Assembly: GCA_002254745.1 (NCBI GenBank)
Contig: NJED01000001.1
Span: forward strand, 1 to 32,490
Length of the DNA: 32,490 bases
Reading direction: 5' to 3'
From: Desulfurococcales archaeon ex4484_217_1
GTDB lineage: Archaea; Thermoproteota; Thermoprotei_A; EX4484-217-1
The notes beneath the pieces are model-generated. The model was given only the letters and a program-made list of their open reading frames with translations. It did not search any database and was not told where the DNA came from. This document shows positions 1 to 7,851 of this stretch, piece by piece; within the stretch, counting starts at the first letter, position 1; each line of letters begins with the position of its first letter. Both the position numbers and the translations under genes were made by a program.

Positions 1-11
1 AAGTTTGTGGG

Positions 12-725
12 ATGTTTTCAGATAATATGGCTAATTTAGAGAAAGACATTTTCTTCAAGAAAATAGGATTTGAGTACATTAAGTACTTTTACTCCATACC
101 TTCAACAATGGACTATGCTAAGAAAATAGCTGATAAGTATAATAGGGCCATAATTTTCTCCGAAATACAGACCAGGGGTAGAGGAAGAGCTGGGCGAATA
201 TGGTTATCGCCTCCTGGAGGAATTTGGACCACAATAACGTGGAGTATAGAGAACATGCACATGCTTAACATTTTAAGCTTGGCTATCGGTGTATCTGTAA
301 TTAAAGCACTTAGTAATGTGTTGTTGCTGAGCTTTAAACTTAAATGGCCCAATGATGTAATGTTCTCTGCAAAGAAAATTGGTGGAATACTTATTGAAAA
401 CATATTTAGAGAGAGAAAAGTTCTAAGCATTATAGGCATAGGATTAAATGTGAATAACAAAATGAAGTTCTCAGGGCTTAGCGGCGTTACGTCTAATACC
501 TTAAGGAGGAGAAATAGAGGGGAAATTATTAATTCGTGGAAGAAAGCAGACATAACCTTAGGCAGAAAAATTATCATTAAACTTAGCCAAGGAGGAATAG
601 TAGAGGGTAAAGCACTAGATATTTCTAACACAGGGGGACTATTGATTAAGGATAATAGTGGGAGAATAATTGAAGTACATATAAGCCTATATCCTAATTA
701 CTCCTCTATGTTTCAATTTGAATAA
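12..725 (+). CDS. birA: biotin--protein ligase (BPL/BirA catalytic domain family)
   Basis: 237-aa ORF with the BPL signature GRGRAGRIWLSPPGG, then KWPNDV, GGILIE and GIGLNVN blocks in the expected order. The last ~13 codons overlap the convergent ORF 687..986. Confidence 0.8.
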   Translation: MFSDNMANLEKDIFFKKIGFEYIKYFYSIPSTMDYAKKIADKYNRAIIFSEIQTRGRGRAGRIWLSPPGGIWTTITWSIENMHMLNILSLAIGVSVIKALSNVLLLSFKLKWPNDVMFSAKKIGGILIENIFRERKVLSIIGIGLNVNNKMKFSGLSGVTSNTLRRRNRGEIINSWKKADITLGRKIIIKLSQGGIVEGKALDISNTGGLLIKDNSGRIIEVHISLYPNYSSMFQFE

Positions 726-986
726 TTCCTCTCTTATATTCTTAGCTAAGTTATAGCATCCTTCACCCTTCTCTAGTACCCCTTTGAGGATAAGAGATCT
801 AATTATTTTTGCAGGGTTCTTTACGCCTAGGATTTCGAGTTCTCTTAAAGCTAAAAATTCTCCGACCGAAATGTTCCTTATAAAGTATAATACAACTTTC
901 TTCTCGTCTTCACTAGTGATTTCTTTATCTTTCAATGTCTTCAACAATCCGCGGAAGTAGTTAAAGTTTATTTCCTTACCAGACAT
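687..986 (-). CDS. small winged-helix-like DNA-binding protein (hypothetical)
   Basis: 99-aa ORF. The segment LRELEILGVKNPAKIIRSLILKGVLEKGEGCYNL looks like a wHTH recognition helix plus wing. No specific family recognised. Confidence 0.45.
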   Translation of the reverse strand: MSGKEINFNYFRGLLKTLKDKEITSEDEKKVVLYFIRNISVGEFLALRELEILGVKNPAKIIRSLILKGVLEKGEGCYNLAKNIREELFKLKHRGVIRI

Positions 987-1213
987 AGACTGAGAAACCT
1001 CTTAACGTAGTTTTCTCCAGTTTATTTACTTACTTCTAACCTTAAACCTGTAGTAGTTACGTATAAGCAGCGCTATTCCACGTCTTATAGCTTCACTTCG
1101 CGAGGAAGCATCTTTACTGAGACAACGACAACTCTTCCCATAATTAATGCCCCGCTGAAGCGATTTCGAATATATTTTCGATAATGCGCATAGTATAAAA
1201 GACTATTCCCTTA

Positions 1214-2176
1214 TCAATAGTACCATGTTTTTACATAGGTATGTTCGGTTAATTTAGCGTAGTTCTTATCCCTATATCCTCTGCAAACCTCTTTAAGCGG
1301 GCAGCTGTAATAGCCCAATACTTTACATTGATCACATTTAGGTAAGGGTTTAGTACAGCACTTTCTGCCTAAGGACCATAGTAGATCGTCTAGGTATAGT
1401 GGTGAAATAGAAGCTTTCATAGACAAGAACTTATACGCTTTCCTTACAGTTAGTCTTATGATTACGTCGTCTTCAAATGTTAAGTGCCTCTTAGATACTA
1501 TAAGGTTCATTAGCTTCTTACTTAAATTAACTATACCTAGCCGAAAAGCTATTCTCGTTAAGTGGTTATCTACGGGTATTTCAACGTGTTCATGGTCTCT
1601 TATCTGTATTATTTTCCTTCTCTCAAGAAACTTCACTAGTAAATATGCTTTCTTCTCTACAGGGTCTTCGTAGGCCTTGAATATTTTTAATGAGTCTACT
1701 AAGCCTCTTCCCTTTCTCTTTAAATATCCTTTACTTTCAGCTAGAAGGTTTAGTACTCTACCCTTATACAGTTTTACAAGCTTAAACCCCAAGTCCTTTA
1801 AGAGCATAGTTCTTACTTTTATATCCCAAATTTTTGCCCTTCCATAATTGAGCCATGCTTTAACATTTTCTACGGTTATTTTCGCCATATTTTGTGGCGA
1901 GAAAAACTCTGGGTTTTTCTTATACTTCGTAATACCTAGTTTGTACAGTAAGTCTGCACCATGGTATACCTTGCCGTTAACTATTTCTTCATAACTTATA
2001 CCTCTATAGCTAGTTCTATGATCTATAGCTACCATGAACATAAAATACCTCGCTATGTCCTCTAAACTCCCCTTTACCGGGTAGTAATCAGGGTTTGTGA
2101 AACTATCTAAGGGTATTTTGAGAAGCTTTAGCCTCTTATATATGTTAGCTACATGTTCCTCATTAACGTCTATCAT
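1214..2176 (-). CDS. EndoIII-superfamily (HhH-GPD-like) DNA glycosylase-like protein with C-terminal Fe-S cluster loop
   Basis: 320-aa ORF. IPVDNHLTRIAFRLGIV resembles the VDTHV.RV..RLG block of Nth/MutY-type enzymes. C-terminal GRKCCTKPLPKCDQCKVLGYYSC gives a C-x6-C-x2-C-x7-C spacing like the [4Fe-4S] cluster loop. The canonical GVG.KTA hairpin was not seen. Start overlaps the dUTPase stop (ATGA). Confidence 0.55.
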   Translation of the reverse strand: MIDVNEEHVANIYKRLKLLKIPLDSFTNPDYYPVKGSLEDIARYFMFMVAIDHRTSYRGISYEEIVNGKVYHGADLLYKLGITKYKKNPEFFSPQNMAKITVENVKAWLNYGRAKIWDIKVRTMLLKDLGFKLVKLYKGRVLNLLAESKGYLKRKGRGLVDSLKIFKAYEDPVEKKAYLLVKFLERRKIIQIRDHEHVEIPVDNHLTRIAFRLGIVNLSKKLMNLIVSKRHLTFEDDVIIRLTVRKAYKFLSMKASISPLYLDDLLWSLGRKCCTKPLPKCDQCKVLGYYSCPLKEVCRGYRDKNYAKLTEHTYVKTWYY

Positions 2177-2649
2177 ATGTTTTCGCCTTTATACATGCCT
2201 GAGTAGAGCTTGTGAGGTTTTTCTACCAACTTTATGAAAACTATTTGAGCTATCCTAGCATTTTCCTCAATAATAACGCCATGTTCATTATGAACAACTA
2301 GTAATATTTCGCTTCTACCATAGTAACCAGGATCCCAAAGAGCGCATCTCACATCTACACCCATTCTCAGAAGCGTTGATCGGGGAAAACACAGTCCTAT
2401 AGCATCTTCCGGTACCTTTATTATTTCATTAATTAAGATCTTATATGCTCCCTTACTCAAATGCCATTTTCCATTTTTCTTAGGTACTTCTTGAACTTTC
2501 GATATTCTCCTATAATCGATACCTAGATATCCGCTTGATATTAGCTTAAAGATTTTATATACAGTTAAGTCTATTCCTGCTGGTTGTAGCTGTTTTTCAC
2601 TAAAAAGGTTTTTTATATATTTCAGTACTTGAAACCCAGGCATAGCCAT
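2173..2649 (-). CDS. dut: dUTPase (dCTP deaminase/dUTPase family)
   Basis: 158-aa ORF with PAGIDLTV, CFPRSTLLRMGV, WDPGYYGRSEILL and ARIAQIVF blocks typical of the archaeal dCTP deaminase/dUTPase fold. The short length favours dUTPase. Confidence 0.7.
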   Translation of the reverse strand: MAMPGFQVLKYIKNLFSEKQLQPAGIDLTVYKIFKLISSGYLGIDYRRISKVQEVPKKNGKWHLSKGAYKILINEIIKVPEDAIGLCFPRSTLLRMGVDVRCALWDPGYYGRSEILLVVHNEHGVIIEENARIAQIVFIKLVEKPHKLYSGMYKGENI

Positions 2650-2735
2650 TACGTAGTCACCTGAGGATACGGAAGGAGGATATTGTTTAATATTCTATTC
2701 TAACATTTCTTTGAGGGTAAACTTTAAATGTTATA

Positions 2736-2771
2736 GGGGGGTAATCCCCCAAGAGGGGGGGTGTTAGGGGG
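2736..2771 (+). promoter_or_regulatory. G-run / hairpin element in the speH promoter-leader region
   Basis: G6 (2736..2741)-TAAT-C5 (2746..2750) hairpin, then G7 (2755..2761) and G5 (2767..2771) just before ATG 2774. TTTAAA TATA-like box at 2723..2728. The G7-TG may double as a Shine-Dalgarno site. Confidence 0.35.
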
Positions 2772-2773
2772 CG

Positions 2774-3160
2774 ATGACGGAACTCGTAGCTTTGCAAAGA
2801 AGAGTCTCTGTGCCGAAGGTTGTTGGTAAACACGTTTATGGAGAGCTTTACGACTGTGATGCTGAGCTCCTCAGAAACGAGGAAATGCTGAAGGATATCG
2901 TTATTGAGGCTACAAGAATAGGCAACATGACGCTACTTGATGTTAAATCTTGGAAGATTGGTGATGGAGTAAGCATAGTTGCTATAGTTCTTGAAAGCCA
3001 CATAGCTGTTCATACATGGCCTGAGTTCAGTTTTGCAACAGTTGATGTTTACTCTTGCGGAGAACATACAGAACCAGAGGCAGCTTTTCACTACATAGCT
3101 TCAAGTTTAAAAGCTAGGAAAGTCATTAGAGGCTATGTTGACCGCTCGTATCGGGGATGA
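2774..3160 (+). CDS. speH: pyruvoyl-dependent S-adenosylmethionine decarboxylase proenzyme family (SpeH type; could be the crenarchaeal arginine decarboxylase paralogue)
   Basis: 128-aa ORF with [11 protein letters not shown], the self-cleavage region [13 protein letters not shown] and VDVYSCG, all hallmarks of small class-1 AdoMetDC proenzymes. Confidence 0.85.
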   Translation: MTELVALQRRVSVPKVVGKHVYGELYDCDAELLRNEEMLKDIVIEATRIGNMTLLDVKSWKIGDGVSIVAIVLESHIAVHTWPEFSFATVDVYSCGEHTEPEAAFHYIASSLKARKVIRGYVDRSYRG

Positions 3161-3200
3161 GTATTACTTTACCAATACTCGTTGAGCTCAATTATTTTTT
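3159..3200. terminator. hairpin plus T-tract between convergent genes
   Basis: GAGTATT (3159..3165) / AATACTC (3174..3180), a 7-bp stem with an 8-nt loop starting inside the speH stop codon. A T6 run follows at 3195..3200. It lies between the convergent speH and ORF 3209..3640. Confidence 0.4.
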
Positions 3201-3208
3201 AAGCTAGC

Positions 3209-3640
3209 CTACTCGCCTAGAAGCTTCTTGACCTTGCTCAGATAACGTGCCGTTTTAACTACTTTAGGAGAAACTTCTATTACATCCCCCTTGTATATTA
3301 CGTAATGTTTAATTGCTATTCCTGGAACAAGCTTTAAACACTCCTCAACCATCATGTGTAATTGTACACAATGGGGGCTACCATCTACTGTTAAAACCAC
3401 TATTTCATGAGGCCCACAAGTTTTCATCATTGTAGCTAGTTTAAAACCTACCATATTCATATGTTCTTCTTCTAAACACACTGCTAAAGGTACGCGGCTC
3501 TTAGAGAAAGTTTCTAATATTTCCGGATGTTCGTCTCTTAAGCAAGTACCGTAAATGAGTATTTTCCTAAGTTTCCTTATCATACGTGAACAAGCATTTA
3601 CATGTATAAGTTTCCTAAAGAGTATAGTCTTTCCAGACAT
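3209..3640 (-). CDS. hypothetical Cys/His-containing protein
   Basis: 143-aa ORF with no stops in an AT-rich context and several conserved-looking Cys/His residues (GTCLRDEHPE, AVCLEEEH, TCGPHE, SPHCVQLH). Family not recognised. Confidence 0.5.
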   Translation of the reverse strand: MSGKTILFRKLIHVNACSRMIRKLRKILIYGTCLRDEHPEILETFSKSRVPLAVCLEEEHMNMVGFKLATMMKTCGPHEIVVLTVDGSPHCVQLHMMVEECLKLVPGIAIKHYVIYKGDVIEVSPKVVKTARYLSKVKKLLGE

Positions 3641-3713
3641 AACATATACCTACATATTAATTCTAAGTAAAATACATTAAACGTAACCTATTTTAAATAT
3701 CATGTGAAATCCC

Positions 3714-4913
3714 ATGAGAAAGCATTACGATATTATCATTGTAGGTGCCGGTTCTGCCGCATTATTGTTTCTAAATTTTCTTAAAGACCATTTTGATGTA
3801 GCAGTCTTTGAGGAACAAAGCAACGTGGGGTTAAGGAGACATTGCACAGGAATAGTTAGTCATAGAGTATTAAGTATTGTAGGTAAGGTTGCCCGTAGAA
3901 GCGTTGTTAATGAATTTAATAGACTAAATATCATGGTGGAGTCAGGCGCTAAAGTAACGGTAATTCCGAGTAACCCTGTTTATGTTTTAGACAGAGTAAA
4001 ATACTTGAGAGAACTGTTTTACAGAGTTCAGAATAAGTTTGAATTTTATTTCGCTAGTAAAGTAACAAACGTGAGATTTAATGGAAAAAAGATTAAACCA
4101 TGTGTGTTACTCGGTAATAGGATCATTTGTGGCAATATTGTAGTGAATGCTGAAGGAGCTATGCATAGAATAAGGAAGAGCATATTTAAAAATAGTATTA
4201 TGAGAAAAGCTAAAGTTTATGGTATTCAAATAGACTGCATAGGAAAAACACCACACATAGACGAATTCACAGTAGTGTTTTCTGATAAGTACTCTAAAGG
4301 TTTTTTCGGATGGATAGTTCCACTTGATGAGAGCCATGTAAGAATAGGAATAGGCGGAGAAAATGTGAACCAAAATATTTTAAACTCCTTTATCGACTTT
4401 GTAAATTCTAAAGGAATAGTTTATGTAAAAGAAAAAGGGAAACCTTTTGGAGGCATAATATTGAAGAACCCTCCTTACTGGAAAGATCACTACAAGAAAG
4501 TAGTGATGTTAGGTGATTCAGCTTTCCATGTAAAACCGCTAACCGGTGGCGGTTTATACGTGCATGCATTGTTTGGAAGGGAACTGGCTAATTTAATTAA
4601 TATGGAATTTAGTGATGTAGAGGATTTACTTAGTAAGTATGAAAGACGTACGGCGAGGTTAAGGTTAAAATTAAAGATCCAAGGAGTAATCTCTCAAGTA
4701 TTCCATGAGCTATCGTTAAAAGAGAAAGAGAAGATAATTAAGTCTATTGGTGAAAACGTTGAGATGAAAGATGTTGATTACGACTACCATGAAAAGCTCC
4801 TAGAAACAATTCTTCTTAGAAAAACTAGTCTTGCATATAATGTTTTACGTACAGCTTTAACTGTGAAAAACATCAAAAACTTGGTTTATAGCTTAAAAAT
4901 ATTCCTTCAATAA
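3714..4913 (+). CDS. FAD-dependent oxidoreductase, geranylgeranyl reductase family
   Basis: 399-aa ORF. N-terminal dinucleotide fold YDIIIVGAGSA and the GDSAFHVKPLTGGGL motif characteristic of archaeal geranylgeranyl reductases. Confidence 0.8.
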   Translation: MRKHYDIIIVGAGSAALLFLNFLKDHFDVAVFEEQSNVGLRRHCTGIVSHRVLSIVGKVARRSVVNEFNRLNIMVESGAKVTVIPSNPVYVLDRVKYLRELFYRVQNKFEFYFASKVTNVRFNGKKIKPCVLLGNRIICGNIVVNAEGAMHRIRKSIFKNSIMRKAKVYGIQIDCIGKTPHIDEFTVVFSDKYSKGFFGWIVPLDESHVRIGIGGENVNQNILNSFIDFVNSKGIVYVKEKGKPFGGIILKNPPYWKDHYKKVVMLGDSAFHVKPLTGGGLYVHALFGRELANLINMEFSDVEDLLSKYERRTARLRLKLKIQGVISQVFHELSLKEKEKIIKSIGENVEMKDVDYDYHEKLLETILLRKTSLAYNVLRTALTVKNIKNLVYSLKIFLQ

Positions 4914-5478
4914 TACAGGATGAAATAGTTGCTAAGTAACTTGTCACGATAATCCCTATGATACCCGTGATTATTAGTACAACACTTATATTTCCCAGGG
5001 GTCTGTTTTTCATTTTTGAAAATATTATTTGAAATAAGCCGCTTTCGATAAGAGATATTGATATTAAATCACCTACAGTTACGGGTATGTACATTACTAG
5101 AATAAGCCTCATTACATACTCTGAAGTTCCTATGAACAAGCCCTCTATAAAATATGTAAAGGCAACATACGGTGGTAATAAGGCTGTTATAAGCTCAGAT
5201 AGGGATCTAAGAAAGCCTATGACTATGATTAGTAAGGTAGCTTCAAGGGTTTTTTCATTAAACCATAGATTTGATGCTTCCTGACATAGCTTTGTTAGAG
5301 GGCTTTCCTCAATACTTTTAATAGCTGGTTCTAGAACTTCATGAGCGTATGTTGGGTTTGTAGCAGCTATTGATACGCCAAATAGTAAGGTACTGGAATA
5401 TGTAACTATAAGAATTACAGGTAAAATTTTTGCTAGGTATTCGTGCTCTATACGTATGCTGTACTCTGTAGTACTCAT
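4873..5478 (-). CDS. integral membrane protein (possibly SpoIIM/DUF95-like)
   Basis: 201-aa ORF with about five to six hydrophobic helices. Its 3' end overlaps the convergent reductase gene by 41 nt. The family assignment is tentative. Confidence 0.5.
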   Translation of the reverse strand: MSTTEYSIRIEHEYLAKILPVILIVTYSSTLLFGVSIAATNPTYAHEVLEPAIKSIEESPLTKLCQEASNLWFNEKTLEATLLIIVIGFLRSLSELITALLPPYVAFTYFIEGLFIGTSEYVMRLILVMYIPVTVGDLISISLIESGLFQIIFSKMKNRPLGNISVVLIITGIIGIIVTSYLATISSCIIEGIFLSYKPSF

Positions 5479-5593
5479 CTCTCAACCCTTGATACAGACT
5501 GTGCAGAGCTTTGACAGCTATGGAATATATGGACATAGGGAATATTTTTACCTGTCTATATTACTTTAACTAAGAGGTTTATGGCGATTCAAG

Positions 5594-5857
5594 TTGGGAA
5601 AGAAAAATGCTAAGTGCGAAATATGTGAGGAACTTGAGGCTGTACATATTTGTAAAATTTGTGGGAGATGCGTTTGCTCAGAACATTTTAATGCTAAGAG
5701 GAGAATATGCGTTGTCTGTGAAGAAAGTTTATGCGAAATATGTAGAAAATACTTAGCCATAGGTTCATGCACTAAATGCGGTAGAATAGTTTGCGAAAAA
5801 TGTTCTAGACAATTAGATCCTGTTAGGCTAGTATGCATTCTATGTTATGGTAAGTAG
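5594..5857 (+). CDS. Cys-rich zinc-finger protein with two B-box-like repeats
   Basis: 87-aa ORF with a TTG start and about eight CxxC/CxC pairs. Internal duplication: CEICEELEAVHICKICGRCVCSEH versus CEICRKYLAIGSCTKCGRIVCEKC. Confidence 0.6.
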   Translation: MGKKNAKCEICEELEAVHICKICGRCVCSEHFNAKRRICVVCEESLCEICRKYLAIGSCTKCGRIVCEKCSRQLDPVRLVCILCYGK

Positions 5858-5871
5858 TAGTCGAGTTGCAG

Positions 5872-6117
5872 TTAGCTCTCTTGCTTTCCTAAGTTTTCAA
5901 GAATACTCTTTAAATACTCAACATTCTTTTCATGTTTTGAACTTCGTCTCCTATCAACATATATTCCTAGTTTTTTCGCTAAATTTAGCGTTATACCTGC
6001 TTCTTTAAGTTCAGGTAAGCTAAAGCCTCTTCCCTTCCTCCATTTTGGCGTTGTTTTTCCCCTACTTATTAGTCTAGGTGTTTTAACTAATGGTCTATGC
6101 TTCTCCATTAACAGCAC
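5872..6117 (-). CDS. rpl13e: 50S ribosomal protein L13e (eL13)
   Basis: 81-aa [17 protein letters not shown]...[12 protein letters not shown] matches the eL13 signature region. The likely true start is ATG at 6108, preceded by GGGGTG. It lies 3 nt downstream of the Lrp gene. Confidence 0.8.
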   Translation of the reverse strand: MLLMEKHRPLVKTPRLISRGKTTPKWRKGRGFSLPELKEAGITLNLAKKLGIYVDRRRSSKHEKNVEYLKSILENLGKQES

Positions 6118-6120
6118 CCC

Positions 6121-6579
6121 TTAGGGAACCTTAAGTTTAAAGTTTTCTTTTACTACATTTAATGCTATACTCGTATTAGTACTTAGGACATAGGGTTTCG
6201 AAAGTAAGTTTTTAATAAACTTATTTAGCTCCCCTATATTTCTAAATTTCGCGACAACTATTACGTCAAACTCTCCAGTAACATCATAGACTGCACATAC
6301 GTTCGGATACCTGGCTACTTCACGTTCAACATCTATTATGTGTTTTCCATCAACCTTTACCAGTATCAGTGCCGTTACATCATATCCTACCTTTGAGAAA
6401 TCCACTTGTACTGTAAAATCTCTTATAATACCCTGCCCTATTAGCTTCCTTATTCTGTTATATACTGTACCAACCGATACACCTAAACTTCTAGCTAGTT
6501 TCCTATACGTTATCCTGGGATTATCGATGAGCTCGTTTATTATCTTCTTATCTAGCTCGTCCAGCACCATTAGAGACAC
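6121..6579 (-). CDS. Lrp/AsnC family transcriptional regulator
   Basis: 152-aa ORF. N-terminal HTH (LDELDKKIINELIDNPRITYRKLARSLGVSVGTVYNRIRKL) plus a C-terminal RAM/ACT-like domain (GYDVTALILVKV...FDVIVVAKF). Confidence 0.9.
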   Translation of the reverse strand: MSLMVLDELDKKIINELIDNPRITYRKLARSLGVSVGTVYNRIRKLIGQGIIRDFTVQVDFSKVGYDVTALILVKVDGKHIIDVEREVARYPNVCAVYDVTGEFDVIVVAKFRNIGELNKFIKNLLSKPYVLSTNTSIALNVVKENFKLKVP

Positions 6580-6654
6580 TCCTATCTCTGGAGTTCTAAA
6601 TTCACATAAATGTTTTATGTTCTTATTTTTATTAATGTTTATAAGGAAAAGAGC

Positions 6655-6675
6655 CCACTATAGTAGTTATAGTGG
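6655..6675. promoter_or_regulatory. perfect 8-bp inverted repeat (candidate operator / leader hairpin)
   Basis: CCACTATA (6655..6662) - GTAGT - TATAGTGG (6668..6675). It lies between the divergent Lrp gene and the DUF211 gene. The right arm runs into the GGAGGGTGA Shine-Dalgarno-like sequence. Confidence 0.35.
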
Positions 6676-6678
6676 AGG

Positions 6679-7005
6679 GTGAAGCAGGGGTATATGAGTA
6701 AAACAGGTAGAGTTAGAATTAGAAGGCTTGTTCTTGACGTTTTGAAGCCTTTAAAGGAACCTTCAGTTGTTGATGTGGCCAAGGCATTAGCTAGGGTTAG
6801 AGGAGTATCTGCTGTAAACGTTACTGTTAATGAGGTTGATGTTGAAACTATGGGTTTAATAATCACTATTGAGGGTGAAAACATAAATTTCGACGACATT
6901 GAGAGGGAATTAACAAGAGTAGGAGCTGTAATTCATAGCGTTGACCAAGTTGTTGTTGGTGAAAAAATTATTGAATCTGCCCAACCCCCTCAAGCTAGAA
7001 CCTAA
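6679..7005 (+). CDS. DUF211 family protein
   Basis: 108-aa ORF. RRLVLDVLKP....VVDVAKAL..V.GV..VNVTV.EVD.ET..L.ITIEG..I.FD.I resembles the DUF211 fold family. The start may be ATG 6694 rather than GTG 6679. Confidence 0.7.
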   Translation: MKQGYMSKTGRVRIRRLVLDVLKPLKEPSVVDVAKALARVRGVSAVNVTVNEVDVETMGLIITIEGENINFDDIERELTRVGAVIHSVDQVVVGEKIIESAQPPQART

Positions 7006-7516
7006 ATTGCGGCACGAAGTTTTAAGATACATTATCTTAGGTATGAGCGATGGTGTACTTTTCGCTTTAGGAATACTACTAGTTACACTCAGTTTTTCCG
7101 TTCAAGAAGCCGTTAAAGCATGGATCGGTGGAGTAGTAACTGCAGCTTTAACAAACTCTTATGGGGCATATTTTGCAGAAAGGTCGTTTGAGGAAGCCAG
7201 GCTTTACGTCCTTGAAAGACACCTACTGAGAAGTTTAAAGGGAACCATAATATCGAAGAAAACTGCTTTTAAAGTACGTGTGAGGGTATTTGCAGCAGGT
7301 GCTTCAACTCTTCTTGGAGGCCTAATACCAGCAACACTTTTCTTCACCCTACCTTATCCTTTTAATGCTATTGCTGGTATTGTTTTAGCTCTGAGTACGC
7401 TGGCGTTTACAGGTTTCATTACCTCAAGAAAAAAGAGAGTGAAAACGGCGTTCCTATACACGGGCGGGGGAATGCTGGTAGCATTGCTGACCTATGTTAT
7501 TGGTCAAGTACTCTAA
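6941..7516 (+). CDS. VIT1/CCC1-like membrane protein (iron/manganese transporter family)
   Basis: ILGMSDGVLFALGILLV matches the V.G..DG block of the VIT family, and hydrophobic helices are present. The first ~22 codons overlap the DUF211 ORF, so the real start is probably TTG 7007 or ATG 7043. Confidence 0.6.
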   Translation: MTKLLLVKKLLNLPNPLKLEPKLRHEVLRYIILGMSDGVLFALGILLVTLSFSVQEAVKAWIGGVVTAALTNSYGAYFAERSFEEARLYVLERHLLRSLKGTIISKKTAFKVRVRVFAAGASTLLGGLIPATLFFTLPYPFNAIAGIVLALSTLAFTGFITSRKKRVKTAFLYTGGGMLVALLTYVIGQVL

Positions 7517-7851
7517 CAAACTTTGCTCCCAGGCTTAACTTCCCCATCAACCGTCAATATTCTAGGTACTTCACCTTTTCCACAACCCGCAGCTAACAAC
7601 ATACCTTCGCTTAAATACCCCCTAATAGTCTTAGGCTTTAAATTAGTAACAACAACTATTCTCTTACCTAGAAGCTCTTCAGGAGAATATACGTCACCTA
7701 GCCCTGCTATTAATTGTCTCTTTCCTAGTTCTCCTAAATCAACTATTAGCCTTAGGAGTTTTCTTGTACCAGGGATTTTCTCAGCTTCTCTAACTATACC
7801 TACCCTTAAGTCGATTTTAGAGAATTCTTCAATAGTAATAGTTCTTTCCAA
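7513..7851 (-). CDS. tRNA-binding domain protein (Trbp111/CsaA/MetRS C-terminal type)
   Basis: 112-aa ORF. F.KIDLRVG.I..AE.IP...KLL.L.VDLG.....QI.AG.......EELLGK.IVVV.NLKP...RG..SEGMLLAA is the classical OB-fold tRNA-binding domain pattern. Confidence 0.85.
   Translation of the reverse strand: MERTITIEEFSKIDLRVGIVREAEKIPGTRKLLRLIVDLGELGKRQLIAGLGDVYSPEELLGKRIVVVTNLKPKTIRGYLSEGMLLAAGCGKGEVPRILTVDGEVKPGSKVC

Noticed and set aside
113-631. 172-aa ORF antisense to the biotin ligase gene
   Set aside because: It lies fully inside and opposite a gene with clear family motifs. Its sequence is low-complexity, Leu/Ser/Ile-rich shadow-frame composition with no motifs.
987-1213. 227-nt ORF-free gap with some GC-richer patches and small hairpins (for example CTTC-GCGAG-GAAG), examined for tRNA, C/D box or H/ACA features on both strands
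   Set aside because: There is no T-loop or acceptor architecture, and no RUGAUGA box on either strand (only two isolated CTGA). No convincing extended helix was found. It is probably a 3' UTR plus the promoter of ORF 687..986. An unrecognised ncRNA cannot be excluded without RNA-seq or Infernal.
5566-5838. 90-aa ORF antisense to the Cys-rich zinc-finger ORF
   Set aside because: The plus-strand frame has a regular duplicated CxxC architecture. The minus frame is Ser/Leu/His-rich with no structure. I judged it the shadow ORF.
6338-6899. ORFs 6338..6682 (+) and 6639..6899 (-) overlapping the Lrp and DUF211 genes
   Set aside because: Both are antisense or out of frame relative to ORFs with recognisable family signatures, and both would span the promoter region. 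They have typical shadow-frame composition.
6941-7006. N-terminal 22 codons of the VIT1-like ORF overlapping the end of the DUF211 ORF
   Set aside because: This is probably an artefact of taking the first ATG. TTG 7007 lies 1 nt after the DUF211 stop codon, and ATG 7043 is also in frame. Both give a protein starting just before the conserved GMSDG block.
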